A stretch of 64,000 nt of DNA from Xanthobacteraceae bacterium (GCA_050011955.1 JBEKIC010000003.1:29835-93834), one strand, 5' to 3'; shown: positions 1-9,110, numbered from the stretch's first letter. Numbers and translations are program-made. The notes: a model not told the origin generated them from the sequence alone.

Positions 1-374
1 GCATCCACTCCATCGTGCGCCGCTCCAGGGGTCACGCCCAGTCCGTCATTGAGATCGACGACCTCACCGTCAACCTCGACACCAAAATGGCTGAGGTCAA
101 CGGCGCCCGTGTGCATCTCACCGGCAAGGAGTACCAAATGCTGGAGCTCCTAAGCTTGCGCAAGGGCATGACAATGTCCAAGGAAATGTTCCTCAATCAC
201 CTGTACGGCGGCATGGACGAGCCGGCACAGAAAATAATCGATGTGTTCATCTGCAAGCTGCGCAAGAAGCTCGCCAACGCCTCGGGCGGCAAGGACTACA
301 TCGAAACCGTGTGGGGTCGCGGCTACGTGTTGCGGCACCCCATGGACAAAGAAGAAGTGAAGATATCAGCCTGA
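1..374 (+). CDS. ctrA: Cell-cycle response regulator CtrA, C-terminal winged-helix part (5' end lies outside the window)
   Basis: Translation [47 protein letters not shown]...[13 protein letters not shown] matches the CtrA/OmpR-family DNA-binding domain as I remember it. The ORF is open to the window edge. Confidence 0.8.
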   Translation, partial: IHSIVRRSRGHAQSVIEIDDLTVNLDTKMAEVNGARVHLTGKEYQMLELLSLRKGMTMSKEMFLNHLYGGMDEPAQKIIDVFICKLRKKLANASGGKDYIETVWGRGYVLRHPMDKEEVKISA

Positions 375-595
375 CGTTTCGGATTTACGGCGTTGAGACA
401 TTCACCATGACTTCAGATCAGGCCCGACAACGGCCATTGCCGCTTTTATTGAAGCGGAGATCTGTCCTTCGCAATTGATTGGCATCCGATAAAATCTGTT
501 TCCGAATCAGACTGCGCAAACGCGGACGTGGCTGTTGCCTTTGTAATGTCTGCTTCACCTGAAAGCGGACATCCCTCGGCGTAGTGGCCGAAAAA

Positions 596-864
596 CTAAG
601 GTCGAAAATCGGCGGCGGCCAGCTCGTAAGACCCTTTGCGACCGCGCCCATAGACCTTTGCGGCAATTGCATAGATCAAGCTGCGGTTCAAATCGAAGGC
701 GCTGAGAAGTCCAACTCGTCGAACCGCACGTCGGGTTTAATTCTCTTCAACGCATCGGCATTGACGAAAAACGACGCCTCCATCGCGCTATCATGTCCCC
801 AAAACCGCACGGCACGCCGCGTTGCATCATAAAAACGGCTTTGATTTGGAAAATTAAGCGTCAT
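596..864 (-). pseudogene. DUF1488-like small protein, apparent 1-nt frameshift
   Basis: ATG at 864 gives MTLNFPNQSRFYDATRRAVRFWGHDSAMEASFFVNADALKRIKPDVRFDELDF and then stops. The next frame continues LSAFDLNRSLIYAIAAKVYGRGRKGSYELAAADFRP-stop. The span is 269 nt, not a multiple of 3. Confidence 0.55.
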
Positions 865-1120
865 GGTTTAGGTCGCGCTCTTGAGCCGCCTGGAGCTCTT
901 GAAGATCAATGGCCAGCATCTCGATTGAGGAAACATGGCGAGATTCCCCCGGCACAAAGATCATGGTGGCGACGCGGCGATAGACGGGAAATGATAATTC
1001 TTCGATCAGTTCTTCGTCCGTCACGACTCGATAGTCTCCGGGCGGCAAGATTCGATCGGCACCTTTCAGCTCAAATGGATGACTGAAGACGACGGATTTG
1101 CTGTGCGAGCGCGTGGTCAT
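854..1120 (-). CDS. hypothetical small protein (88 aa)
   Basis: Clean ORF sitting between two other small minus-strand genes (operon-like). No domain recognised. Confidence 0.5.
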   Translation of the reverse strand: MTTRSHSKSVVFSHPFELKGADRILPPGDYRVVTDEELIEELSFPVYRRVATMIFVPGESRHVSSIEMLAIDLQELQAAQERDLNHDA

Positions 1121-1124
1121 CGCG

Positions 1125-1374
1125 CTAAGCCGCCACGCCGCGGATCAAGGGATAGTCCTGGCTCTGGTACAAGCGGCGAATTCCCGCGCAGCCATATCTC
1201 TCCTCGTCGACTTCCAGATAGGCCCCCGGAAGAAACTCAGGCGGCAGCTCCTCGATCGCGAAGCGGATGGCGTCCGCCGCGTGGCCGAACCGTCTTGCGA
1301 CTGGGGAACAGCTCTGCCTCGGCGTTATAATCAAATCCAACCATGCCTTGTTCGACCGTCACTTTTTCGACCAT
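1125..1374 (-). pseudogene. conserved hypothetical small protein, apparent frameshift
   Basis: Strong SD (GGAGG) 7 nt before the ATG at 1374 gives MVEKVTVEQGMVGFDYNAEAELFPSRK. The conserved-looking C-terminus (RRFGHAADAIRFAIEELPPEFLPGAYLEVDEERYGCAGIRRLY) is in another frame. The span is 250 nt, not a multiple of 3. Confidence 0.45.
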
Positions 1375-1578
1375 TACTTTTCCTCCGGGCCCTTCATACT
1401 AACCTGGCCCACGTTCCGCGGCGCCATCTGGACAAACTGTCGGGAGCCAGACGCGGCGTGTTGAATTCCACCATGCCGATGCCGAGCGCTTGGCTACCGC
1501 GGGGCGGAGGGTACCAGCCTCGCCGGCAGATTTGTTCCATGCAATCTCGATGCGAACTTGCCGACTGGTGGAGCGCAC

Positions 1579-2040
1579 TCATTTCGCTCCCGAATCGTCG
1601 TCTTTGTGCTTGTGCAGAAACCTGGCGATCTGTCCTCTCAACTCGGCCGTGTCCAATAATTCACCCATGGATCCGGCAGTATCAAAAAGCTCGCGCTGGA
1701 GCTTCGCGGGGACGGTGTTCCACTGCATGATAACGGCAGCGCCGAGGCATCGAAGAACACGCTCCTCTTCAGCGGCGAGGCTGGCGCGGCTGGCTGGCTT
1801 TTCATCTGCCACTTCATCTGCCACTTCATCTGCCACTTCATCTGACACTTCATCTGACACTTGGAGCATTTTGTCGAAATTGTCCGCCAGCCATTCTTCG
1901 TTGTCAGCAAGCGAGTTGAAGCTGTCTTTCGAATTCTGATATTTGCGAATTTGGCTTGGATCGATAGACGCCTTGATAAGTTCGCCGTATTCGCTCGACT
2001 TCGCGCGATATTGCTTGGAGGTGAACATTTGCCACTCCAT
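1579..2040 (-). CDS. hypothetical protein with acidic (S/A)DEV tandem repeat
   Basis: 153-aa ORF containing VSDEVSDEVADEVADEVADE, encoded by a 12-bp tandem repeat. Confidence 0.55.
   Translation of the reverse strand: MEWQMFTSKQYRAKSSEYGELIKASIDPSQIRKYQNSKDSFNSLADNEEWLADNFDKMLQVSDEVSDEVADEVADEVADEKPASRASLAAEEERVLRCLGAAVIMQWNTVPAKLQRELFDTAGSMGELLDTAELRGQIARFLHKHKDDDSGAK
1801..1860. repeat. 12-bp tandem repeat, about 5 units (acttcatctg[c/a]c), in frame inside the CDS
   Basis: ttcatctgcc acttcatctgcc acttcatctgcc acttcatctgac acttcatctgac, read directly. Confidence 0.9.
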
Positions 2041-2276
2041 TCCGTGATGTAAACGCGAGTTATCATAACAATAACAAGGACAAGCGCTGCTTATGCCATG
2101 TATAGATACAGCACCCGCTGCGGGAATTTTAAAACAACATTCGCTCTCATCATGATTATAACCGAGCGAATATTTCAGAAATAAGAAAGCCGTATTTTAA
2201 TATGTGTTCGGATACTGAGTATTTCAATACCTAAAAGCGGAAATTCTCGCCTCACCGATCTGAACTGGCCAGTGGG

Positions 2277-2334
2277 TGGTGCGGACGGCGGGACTTGAAC
2301 CCGCACGGGGTTCCCCCCAAGGGATTTTAAGTCC
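2277..2334 (-). tRNA. 3' half of a split tRNA-Leu(UAA) (anticodon loop to CCA); not a functional gene here
   Basis: Reverse complement is GGACTTAAAATCCCTTGGGGGGAACCCCGTGCGGGTTCAAGTCCCGCCGTCCGCACCA. This is loop, 3' anticodon stem, long variable arm, T arm, acceptor 3' strand and CCA. Upstream sequence (2335+) is not tRNA-like. Confidence 0.85.
2325..2334. repeat. left copy of the 10-bp direct repeat ttttaagtcc (att core, GGACTTAAAA on the tRNA strand)
   Basis: Identical 10-mer at 31062-31071. Both copies lie in the tRNA-Leu anticodon stem-loop sequence. Confidence 0.8.
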
Positions 2335-2518
2335 TTCGATGATAGCGAAAAATGCTTATTTTATTGAGAATTTTGATCATCCTGGCAAAAGTGTGTAAGA
2401 AAATGTGTAAAAATATATTCCTATCCATACCATATTACCGCTATTTCTCGCCGGCGGCAGACGATTTCGCGACCCCGCTTTCAGCGGCGCTTTACGGACA
2501 CTCCTACCCCCTGCCCTT

Positions 2519-4234
2519 CTAACCGAAGTGGCGGAACCGAGGGTCAAGATGCAGGCCTTCTTCAGGTCGAATGGCATCACCCGTAAATGGAAAGATCATT
2601 TCGAGTTGATCCCCGTCCTTTCTTTTGTGCGCAGTGACTTGCATACGAGCAGGCTGCGGCAATGGTGGTAACTTTGGCATTTTGCCCTCTAACAGATCGG
2701 CAACCGTAACTATCTGCAATCTTGGCAGGCGGCCATGTGCCGATTTTCTGACAAAGCCCGCGCTGCTCGCCTCAGAGATCATGGGGCTAGTTGGGTCCGC
2801 GAGTGTGACCAAGATTCCCATTTCGGCTTCCTCCCTTTCGATCACGCCTCGCAGGTCCCGCGCCATCTGGACTCCGACGTTCTCGCCGCTCTTTACCGAA
2901 ACGATGACGCGTCCGACGCCATATGGCCCGTTGTGAAAGTAGATATTTCCATCGATGCCTCGATCTGCGCCTTTCTTTTCCTCGCGGTAAGTTTGTGAGC
3001 CGAGCTTCCAAGCGGCCCACCACTGAAATTGATATTTGTCGCGGCGCGCTAATTCGCGCGCGCCCGCAAGATCAGTCGGGCGGCCATACACCGCATAAGA
3101 GATGTGCGGGTATTTTGCTTTGAGACGCCCCTCTATTAAGGTCATCGCATAGTGCGCGATATCTATTCCGATCCACTGGCGACCATTTTTTTCCGCGCTT
3201 TCAAGGCTCGTGCCGCAACCGCAAAACGGATCAAGAATCAGATCCCCCTTTCGGGATGACGCCTCGATAATTCGATCCAAAAGAGCCAGCGGCTTCTGCG
3301 TCGGATAACCGAGCCGTTCCTTGGCGGTCTGATTGAGGCGATCAATATCCGTCCACACATCTCCCACAACCACACGACGGGATTCAGGATCGAAAGGCTC
3401 CGCCGCTCTTCTACGCGGCCAACCGCCCTCCTTGGGCCAATGAATGAGGCCGGCGGCATCCCATTCGTCCATTTGTTTGTGAACGTTCCCCCAATGGCGA
3501 CCAAGTTCGCTGGGATCATATCTGCGCCACGGCTTTCCGCTTTCCCCTTCCTTGGTCGTCCCCGCCCCTGTGAGTTCAAACGTCTGATATTTTTTTCCGT
3601 CGGAGCCCGTAATAAGTGTGTGGGGAAGCTTGGCTTTATCAGCAGGCGTCGTCTGACTGACAAACGTCGCGTCGGCGCTCCCGTACATCAAAATCGTGTC
3701 ATGTAAACGCGGCCAGTTGCCTTTTGTCCCTCGCGCATTCGTTCGCTTCCAAATAATCTCGCTGCGGAATTTCTCATGCCCGAAAACAGCATCCAAAACG
3801 AGCTTCAAGTAATGGCTTGCCGTTGGATCACAATGCAAATAAAGCGAACCGGTTGGCTTTAACACACGACGTAACTCTAGCAACCGCGCGGCCATCATGG
3901 TCACGTAGGCGATCATGGCATTTTCGCCGAGCCATTTTTTCAGGCTCGAAACGACGAGGGCGACATCGCCGTTCGCTTGGATTACGTCCGCGTACGCACT
4001 TTGCGCGCTTTGTGCCCATTCCCAAGTATCTCGAAACGCCGCGGCCTGAGCATCCGACTCTGTGCCGGTTGGCGTGCGAAAAAGAATGTTGTACGTAGCT
4101 TCGGAATTAAACGGCGGATCGAGATAGATTAAGTCGGCTGACTCGTCCTTGATGTGCTCACGCAGCACGTCCAGATTATCGCCGAAATAGAGTTTGTTCA
4201 TAGCCCGATCCCCACGGGCAGATTGCTCGCGCAC
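2519..4234 (-). CDS. beta-class N4/N6 DNA methyltransferase fused to a C-terminal Mrr-like restriction endonuclease domain
   Basis: Motif IV IYLDPPFNS lies near the N-terminus and motif I LILDPFCGCGTSLESA lies later (beta order). The C-terminus has GADRGIDG...VIVSVKSG...GILVTLA, typical of Mrr_cat. Confidence 0.75.
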   Translation of the reverse strand: MREQSARGDRAMNKLYFGDNLDVLREHIKDESADLIYLDPPFNSEATYNILFRTPTGTESDAQAAAFRDTWEWAQSAQSAYADVIQANGDVALVVSSLKKWLGENAMIAYVTMMAARLLELRRVLKPTGSLYLHCDPTASHYLKLVLDAVFGHEKFRSEIIWKRTNARGTKGNWPRLHDTILMYGSADATFVSQTTPADKAKLPHTLITGSDGKKYQTFELTGAGTTKEGESGKPWRRYDPSELGRHWGNVHKQMDEWDAAGLIHWPKEGGWPRRRAAEPFDPESRRVVVGDVWTDIDRLNQTAKERLGYPTQKPLALLDRIIEASSRKGDLILDPFCGCGTSLESAEKNGRQWIGIDIAHYAMTLIEGRLKAKYPHISYAVYGRPTDLAGARELARRDKYQFQWWAAWKLGSQTYREEKKGADRGIDGNIYFHNGPYGVGRVIVSVKSGENVGVQMARDLRGVIEREEAEMGILVTLADPTSPMISEASSAGFVRKSAHGRLPRLQIVTVADLLEGKMPKLPPLPQPARMQVTAHKRKDGDQLEMIFPFTGDAIRPEEGLHLDPRFRHFG

Positions 4235-4293
4235 GGCTAAATCGCAGTTACGATTTTTGGTTAGCAGGAGGTGAACATGACCTGGCTGACGCT

Positions 4294-4998
4294 TTGCCGC
4301 GCCTCGGTCGCGAGGTAGCTCAGGGATTTATTCGTCACACTGGGCCCATGTTGCTCGGTGGGGATAACCCGCGAGAGGTGGAGGCGAGCGGGTTATCATC
4401 AAGGACAATGAGCGCCGAACAGCCCCGAACGGTCGCCACCAGTCGCGAACGTTCGCCGGACCACCAATATACCCTCTCCATCGAGCAAGCGGCCGAGCTT
4501 TACGCCAAAGCCGGCCATCCGCGCACCTCGCGCGCTATCCAGAAATACTGCGCTCTTTCAAAGCTCGATTGCCACAAGGTTGAGACGGAGACCGGCGAAA
4601 AGTACCTCGTCGCGCCGTACTCGGTCGACCGCCACATCACCTACATCAATGAGGTGCGAACAGTCGCGACTGGCCGCGACCAGACGCGAACAGACGCGAA
4701 CGTTCGCACTATGGAAAATAAGGGCGCCGAGGGGACGAACGGTCGCGAACAGCCGCGAACGGACCCAGTTGTTCGCGGCCCCGAGGATAGGTATGTCGTC
4801 CTTCTCGAAAAGGAAAATGAATTTTTGCGCGGCCAAGTCTCCGTGAAGGACACGCAGATCGAGGCACTGCTTGAGCGCGACAAGGAAACCAACACGCTGA
4901 TCCATCGGCTGCAAGCCATGCTCGCCCCGCTCTTGGTCGCACCCAAACACAAAGAACCGATCGAGCGGGGGAGCCCCGCCGACGAGACGGCGGAGTAG
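4294..4998 (+). CDS. hypothetical DNA-binding-like protein upstream of rep (the true start may be the ATG at 4408)
   Basis: HTH-like YTLSIEQAAELYAKAGHPRTSRAIQKYC, a C-terminal coiled coil, and repeated R(E/D)QxRT peptide motifs that mirror CGCGAAC DNA repeats. Confidence 0.45.
   Translation: MPRLGREVAQGFIRHTGPMLLGGDNPREVEASGLSSRTMSAEQPRTVATSRERSPDHQYTLSIEQAAELYAKAGHPRTSRAIQKYCALSKLDCHKVETETGEKYLVAPYSVDRHITYINEVRTVATGRDQTRTDANVRTMENKGAEGTNGREQPRTDPVVRGPEDRYVVLLEKENEFLRGQVSVKDTQIEALLERDKETNTLIHRLQAMLAPLLVAPKHKEPIERGSPADETAE
4415..4776. repeat. two clusters of (C)GCGAAC motifs phased at multiples of 10 bp, including two GCGAACGTTCGC palindromes
   Basis: CGAAC starts at 4416, 4426, 4446, 4657, 4687, 4697, 4736, 4746 and 4756, with an inverted GTTCGC at 4771. 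Palindromes are at 4445-4456 and 4696-4707. Confidence 0.7.
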
Positions 4999-5025
4999 CC
5001 GGCGCCATGTGCATAGCGCGTCACG

Positions 5026-6555
5026 GTGCTCTCGGCTTCGCGGGCTATAATAACCAGACATATGACGGCAACCGCTAGGGCAGCGGAGACGAGCGAAACT
5101 GTCCAACAGACAGAAAAGCTCTACATGGAAAACACGTTGCTCCGCGTTGCCGGCGCGCTGTTTTGCCACGACGCCAAGAGAGCGCCCACCCACACCAAGC
5201 AAATCGAACTCAACAGGGGAGTGGCGGAAAAGAATATCGTCATCCGGCCCGATCCCAAGCTCGGACAGCCTGGTCCGCTGGCCCACAAGATTTTCGTTGC
5301 GCTTATCAAGAAGCACTCCGGCTATGGCCGACCGACACAAGCGGACGTGTCATTCACCAAGCGCGAGCTTATGCGCCTCATTGGTCGAGCGGAGTGGGGA
5401 GGACGCGACAGCGAGCAGCTCGCGCGCGCCCTCGATGAAATTCACTACACCTTTGTCCGAACGCGCTTCAAATCCGCAGACCGGTTCGTGGAGCACTCGT
5501 TCAATATCTTTCCGGAGATTTATCTAGAGCGGCGCGAACACGCCACCGATCCGATCGAGGCGTGCACCGTGACGCTCGCGCGGCCCATCATGGCATCGCT
5601 GCAGGACGGACACTTCACCTGCCTCAATCACGGATTGATGCAGCAGCTCGGCACAATTGGGCAAGCGTTCTACATGCGGCTCTTCTTCCACTTCGCCAAC
5701 CACTACGACGGCCACCATCGAAAGCGCGTCACGTTTGCCAAGCGCTACGACGACATCTGTGCTGAATGGCTTGGTGGACTTGCGGTTCGCCCGTATCAAT
5801 CCATCATCGAGCGCGATCAGTTGGGGCCGCACTTGCGCCAGCTCGTGAAGGCCGAGTTCCTCGCGTCCTACACGATCACCGCCGCCAAACGCCGCAGCGG
5901 CTTCGTCATCACCTTCCGGCCCGGCGTGGCATTCTTCACCGACTACGACCGATTTTATCGGCGCCGGGAGCGGGGAAGCATCCAGTTCGATTTTCACGCC
6001 GATCGCCAGCAAATCGCGGAACCGCTCAAGGTCGCGTATCTCTTTGTCGAAAAACGCAACGGCCGCGCGAACGCCGGCATCCCGTACGTGCCGTCCAAGG
6101 ACGTGGAGACCGCCAAGTACCTTCTGACCCACGTCCCGTTCGCGGACATGCCGGATTTTCTCGATTACGCGCTCGCCGAAGCCAAGAAGACCCGCTTCGA
6201 CGTGCAGACCTTGGGCGGACTGAAACAATACCTGTCCCGCTACCAGGAACGCGGCACACAGCGGGCCGCCGCAAAGGCCACCCAGGCCCGGCGGGAGGCC
6301 GAGGACAACGCAACTCAGCGGCGCATGGATTATGACCGCTTCCGACGAGCCGCGGCTGACCGGTTGTTCTCAAGCCTGCCGGAGATGCAGCGGGCAGCGA
6401 TTGAAGCTGCCGCACGCGCCAAGGCACCCCGCTATGGGCGGGGAAGTGGGTCGCTCGCGCAGACCATGTTTGAGATCGAACGCGCCCGCGTCACGGCAGA
6501 GCGGCATCCGGGGAAGATCCCGTCGCTTGAGGAGTGGCAGCGCCGCAGCGCCTAA
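5026..6555 (+). CDS. putative plasmid-type replication initiator protein
   Basis: 509-aa ORF flanked upstream by phased repeats and followed by three 22-bp iterons. The N-terminal region resembles plasmid RepA/TrfA-like initiators only loosely from memory, so the call rests mostly on context. Confidence 0.45.
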   Translation: MLSASRAIITRHMTATARAAETSETVQQTEKLYMENTLLRVAGALFCHDAKRAPTHTKQIELNRGVAEKNIVIRPDPKLGQPGPLAHKIFVALIKKHSGYGRPTQADVSFTKRELMRLIGRAEWGGRDSEQLARALDEIHYTFVRTRFKSADRFVEHSFNIFPEIYLERREHATDPIEACTVTLARPIMASLQDGHFTCLNHGLMQQLGTIGQAFYMRLFFHFANHYDGHHRKRVTFAKRYDDICAEWLGGLAVRPYQSIIERDQLGPHLRQLVKAEFLASYTITAAKRRSGFVITFRPGVAFFTDYDRFYRRRERGSIQFDFHADRQQIAEPLKVAYLFVEKRNGRANAGIPYVPSKDVETAKYLLTHVPFADMPDFLDYALAEAKKTRFDVQTLGGLKQYLSRYQERGTQRAAAKATQARREAEDNATQRRMDYDRFRRAAADRLFSSLPEMQRAAIEAAARAKAPRYGRGSGSLAQTMFEIERARVTAERHPGKIPSLEEWQRRSA

Positions 6556-6607
6556 CCATTAAGCACCTCCAGGCACGCAAAAAGCCTCATCCCTCGTGAC
6601 CAAGGGA

Positions 6608-6668
6608 TGGGGGCTTTGACACAAGAGCCTGGGGGCTTTGAGACAACTAGGTGGGGGCTTTGACACAA
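6608..6668 (+). repeat. three direct iterons TGGGGGCTTTGA(C/G)ACAA with a 22-bp period (candidate oriV)
   Basis: Copies at 6608-6624, 6630-6646 and 6652-6668, starting 53 bp after the rep stop. Confidence 0.8.
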
Positions 6669-6887
6669 TAAAGTCGGTCGAGAATTCCAATCGACCCTTC
6701 GTGCGCAACGCCGTTCGGAAACGACCAGCGCGCCTTATATACTCCAATACATATTCACACAGAGACTGTGTGGTTTCTTAAATGGAAAAGGAACGTCGCC
6801 GCGATCGGGTACAATGACCGGTACAATCCCGTTTGTACCCTCAGCGACCTACTCCGAACCCGCAAGTTCTTACGGGTTCTCACAATT

Positions 6888-7187
6888 TCCCCCCGCATTT
6901 GTCGGGCGTGCCGCCCGACCCCGTGCCCCCACTCCGCCTGCAAACGCGATGCTTGAGCATCTTGCGTTTGCTAAAACGAGGCGGTGCTGGGGGCTCTCCG
7001 CGTAGTTTTGGCCACAGGCCAAAACCGCGTTCGCCGTCCGCGACCATAGTCGCGTCCGCTGCGCTCCTCGCCAGTTGCTGCGGTGCTCGGCTGGGCGCAC
7101 GGGGTCGGGCGGCAAGAGCCGCCGCCGTCGCATAGTTGCGCGCTGGTGCGCGCTCCTTGCTTTGGGCTGCCGACAAATGCGGGGGGG
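6888..7187. repeat. about 300 bp of nested inverted repeats and hairpins (candidate oriT or single-strand origin)
   Basis: Outer arms are ccccccgcatttgtcgg (6888-) and ccgacaaatgcggggggg (-7187). tgccgcccgaccccgtgc pairs with gcacggggtcgggcggca. Inner hairpins are gcaaacgc..gcgtttgc and gttttggcc-aca-ggccaaaac. Confidence 0.6.
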
Positions 7188-7531
7188 TTAGTTAGCGCAG
7201 GTGCTCAAAACACAAAGCCCGGTAGGGTCGCTAACGCGAAGCGGGGTTTTGGGTCTGCCGGCGGAAAGGGAAGCGGGGTGCCCCGTGACTTTCCGCCGAC
7301 GATATGGGCTGGCTCACTATCCACACCGAAGTTCGATTGTCCGAACGGTATAATGCGCCGAGCGATCTTAGCTCGACAATCCGGGACAGCCTCTGCGTAC
7401 CGCGCCGGCAACGCCACACCAGGCACGCCCGGCGGGCCACCACCTACCGCAACTCCACAGCAGGTAGGACGGACGGTGGCCAGCGCTCCACCTCGAGCGA
7501 AGCGCTTCGCACCGGAGGCTGCCCCGGATTT

Positions 7532-8809
7532 ATGGAGCCGGAACCACCCATCATTGCAACGACCGCGATCGGCAGCGGAATAGTGTTCTCTCGCGAGGAA
7601 CGCGAGCGACACCTTTATATTGTCGGCAAGTCCGGCTCGGGCAAAAGCACCGTCTTATTCAACCTCGCCATGCACGACATCATGGCGGGGGAGGGAATGG
7701 CGGTTATTGACCCCCACGGCGACCTTGCCGAGGCAATTATTGACGCTATTCCGCCCGAGCGGACACACGACGTGTGCTACTTCAATGTGGCCGACGGGGA
7801 TTACCCGGTCGGCTTCAATCCCATTGCTCGCGTGCCGCGGAAGCGCCAGGCGCTTGCCGCCGCCGGCATTGTTGCCGCATTTAAACACCTATGGGGCGAC
7901 AGCTGGGGACCGCGTCTTGAGCACTTCCTTTTTCACGGCGTCGCCGCTCTCCTTGAGAGCCCGCGGCCGACCTTTATTGACTTGGCGCGGATCTATACCG
8001 ACGGGGATTTTCGCTCCCGCGTCGTGCCTCGCATTACAGACCCTCTGGTCGCCCGTTTCTGGACAGGGGAGTATGCGAGCTACGACCAGCGCTTTCAGGC
8101 GGAGGCGGCGAGCTCCATTCTCAACAAAGTCGGCCAGCTCACCGCCTCGCCGGTCCTGCGCAATATTCTCGGGCAAGTCGCGCCGAAATTCGACCTCGCG
8201 TACGCGATGGAGCATCGCGGCATCTTTATCGCGAACCTCGCCAAGGGCCAGATAGGGGAGCAGGCGTCGAACTTGCTCGGCTCGCTTTTGCTTTCGCACC
8301 TGCAACTCGTCGCCATGGCGCGTAGCGACCAGGTGCCCGAGACCCGGGCGCCGTTCTTCGTCCACGTCGACGAGTTTCAATCCTTCAGCACCGACACATT
8401 TGCGTCGCTGCTTTCGGAGGCGAGAAAATTTGCAACGCATTTTTCGCTGGCGAACCAATATACCGAGCAGCTCAGCGACCCTGTGCGCGCGGCCGTCCTC
8501 GGCAATGCCGGCACGCTCATGGTATTCCGCGTGTCGGCCGCGGACGCCGAGCTGCTTGCTCCGGAATTTCATCCGCTGCCGGCGCACGAGCTTCTCGACC
8601 AATCGCCGCACAGAGCCTGGCTACGACGCGGCGACAGCGACCGACGCCCTGTCTTCGTCTCGCCACGCCTGTTCGGCTCTCGGCACCGGCGCAATAGAGT
8701 GATTGCGCAGAGCCGTCGAAATTTCGCTCGTGCGCGAACGCTCATCGAGCGTAACTACAACACACCAAATCAAAAAGGGAAGGGGAGACCCAATTCATGG
8801 CTTCGTTGA
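7532..8809 (+). CDS. TraD/VirD4-like (T4SS coupling protein / HerA-FtsK superfamily) ATPase, no TM segment
   Basis: Walker A GKSGSGKST, Walker B FFVHVDEFQ, LANQYTEQL motif. Paralogous to 11446-13542. Start taken as the ATG at 7532 (MEPEPP). Confidence 0.65.
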   Translation: MEPEPPIIATTAIGSGIVFSREERERHLYIVGKSGSGKSTVLFNLAMHDIMAGEGMAVIDPHGDLAEAIIDAIPPERTHDVCYFNVADGDYPVGFNPIARVPRKRQALAAAGIVAAFKHLWGDSWGPRLEHFLFHGVAALLESPRPTFIDLARIYTDGDFRSRVVPRITDPLVARFWTGEYASYDQRFQAEAASSILNKVGQLTASPVLRNILGQVAPKFDLAYAMEHRGIFIANLAKGQIGEQASNLLGSLLLSHLQLVAMARSDQVPETRAPFFVHVDEFQSFSTDTFASLLSEARKFATHFSLANQYTEQLSDPVRAAVLGNAGTLMVFRVSAADAELLAPEFHPLPAHELLDQSPHRAWLRRGDSDRRPVFVSPRLFGSRHRRNRVIAQSRRNFARARTLIERNYNTPNQKGKGRPNSWLR

Positions 8810-8897
8810 GCCACGGTACATAGGTCGCGCAATATCTGTTTCGCGACGCTTCGACTTGCCGCGCTCGATCGCGCTACGTATGCTATACTGCCTTATC

Positions 8898-9107
8898 ATG
8901 ACATCACGCGATCTAAAATCATTGCTCGCGCGCGTCCAAGCGTGGCCGAAGGGCGCGCAAGAAGAAGCGACCAAAGCGCTGCGCGAAATCGAGGAAGACT
9001 TCATCATTGGCCCCGCAACTAGGCAAGAGCTTGATCGCTCCCACCAAGAGGCGTTGCGCGGCGAAGGCACAGACATGGAGGAGCTTTTCGAGCGTTACGA
9101 TCTGTAG
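8898..9107 (+). CDS. putative antitoxin of the RelE/ParE pair
   Basis: 69-aa ORF ending 3 nt before the toxin start. The call is by position only. Confidence 0.5.
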   Translation: MTSRDLKSLLARVQAWPKGAQEEATKALREIEEDFIIGPATRQELDRSHQEALRGEGTDMEELFERYDL

Positions 9108-9110
9108 CGT

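Noticed and set aside
1098-1730. 210-aa plus-strand ORF across the left-flank small genes.
   Set aside because: It overlaps three better-supported minus-strand genes (SD sequences, family-like translations), and its own translation is Arg/Leu-rich with no motifs.
1-2276. Treating the left flank, including ctrA, as part of the island.
   Set aside because: The tRNA 3' half at 2277-2334 defines the junction, and ctrA is normally a core gene. However, the flank contains frameshifted small genes and a duplicated gene fragment, so its history is unclear. It is left as flank.
6755-7612. Multiple overlapping 60-170-aa ORFs on both strands, and the long N-terminal extension of the ATPase ORF (7304-7531).
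   Set aside because: The region is dominated by inverted repeats, and the ORFs are Pro/Arg/Ala-rich and mutually overlapping. The ATPase family similarity begins only after the ATG at 7532.
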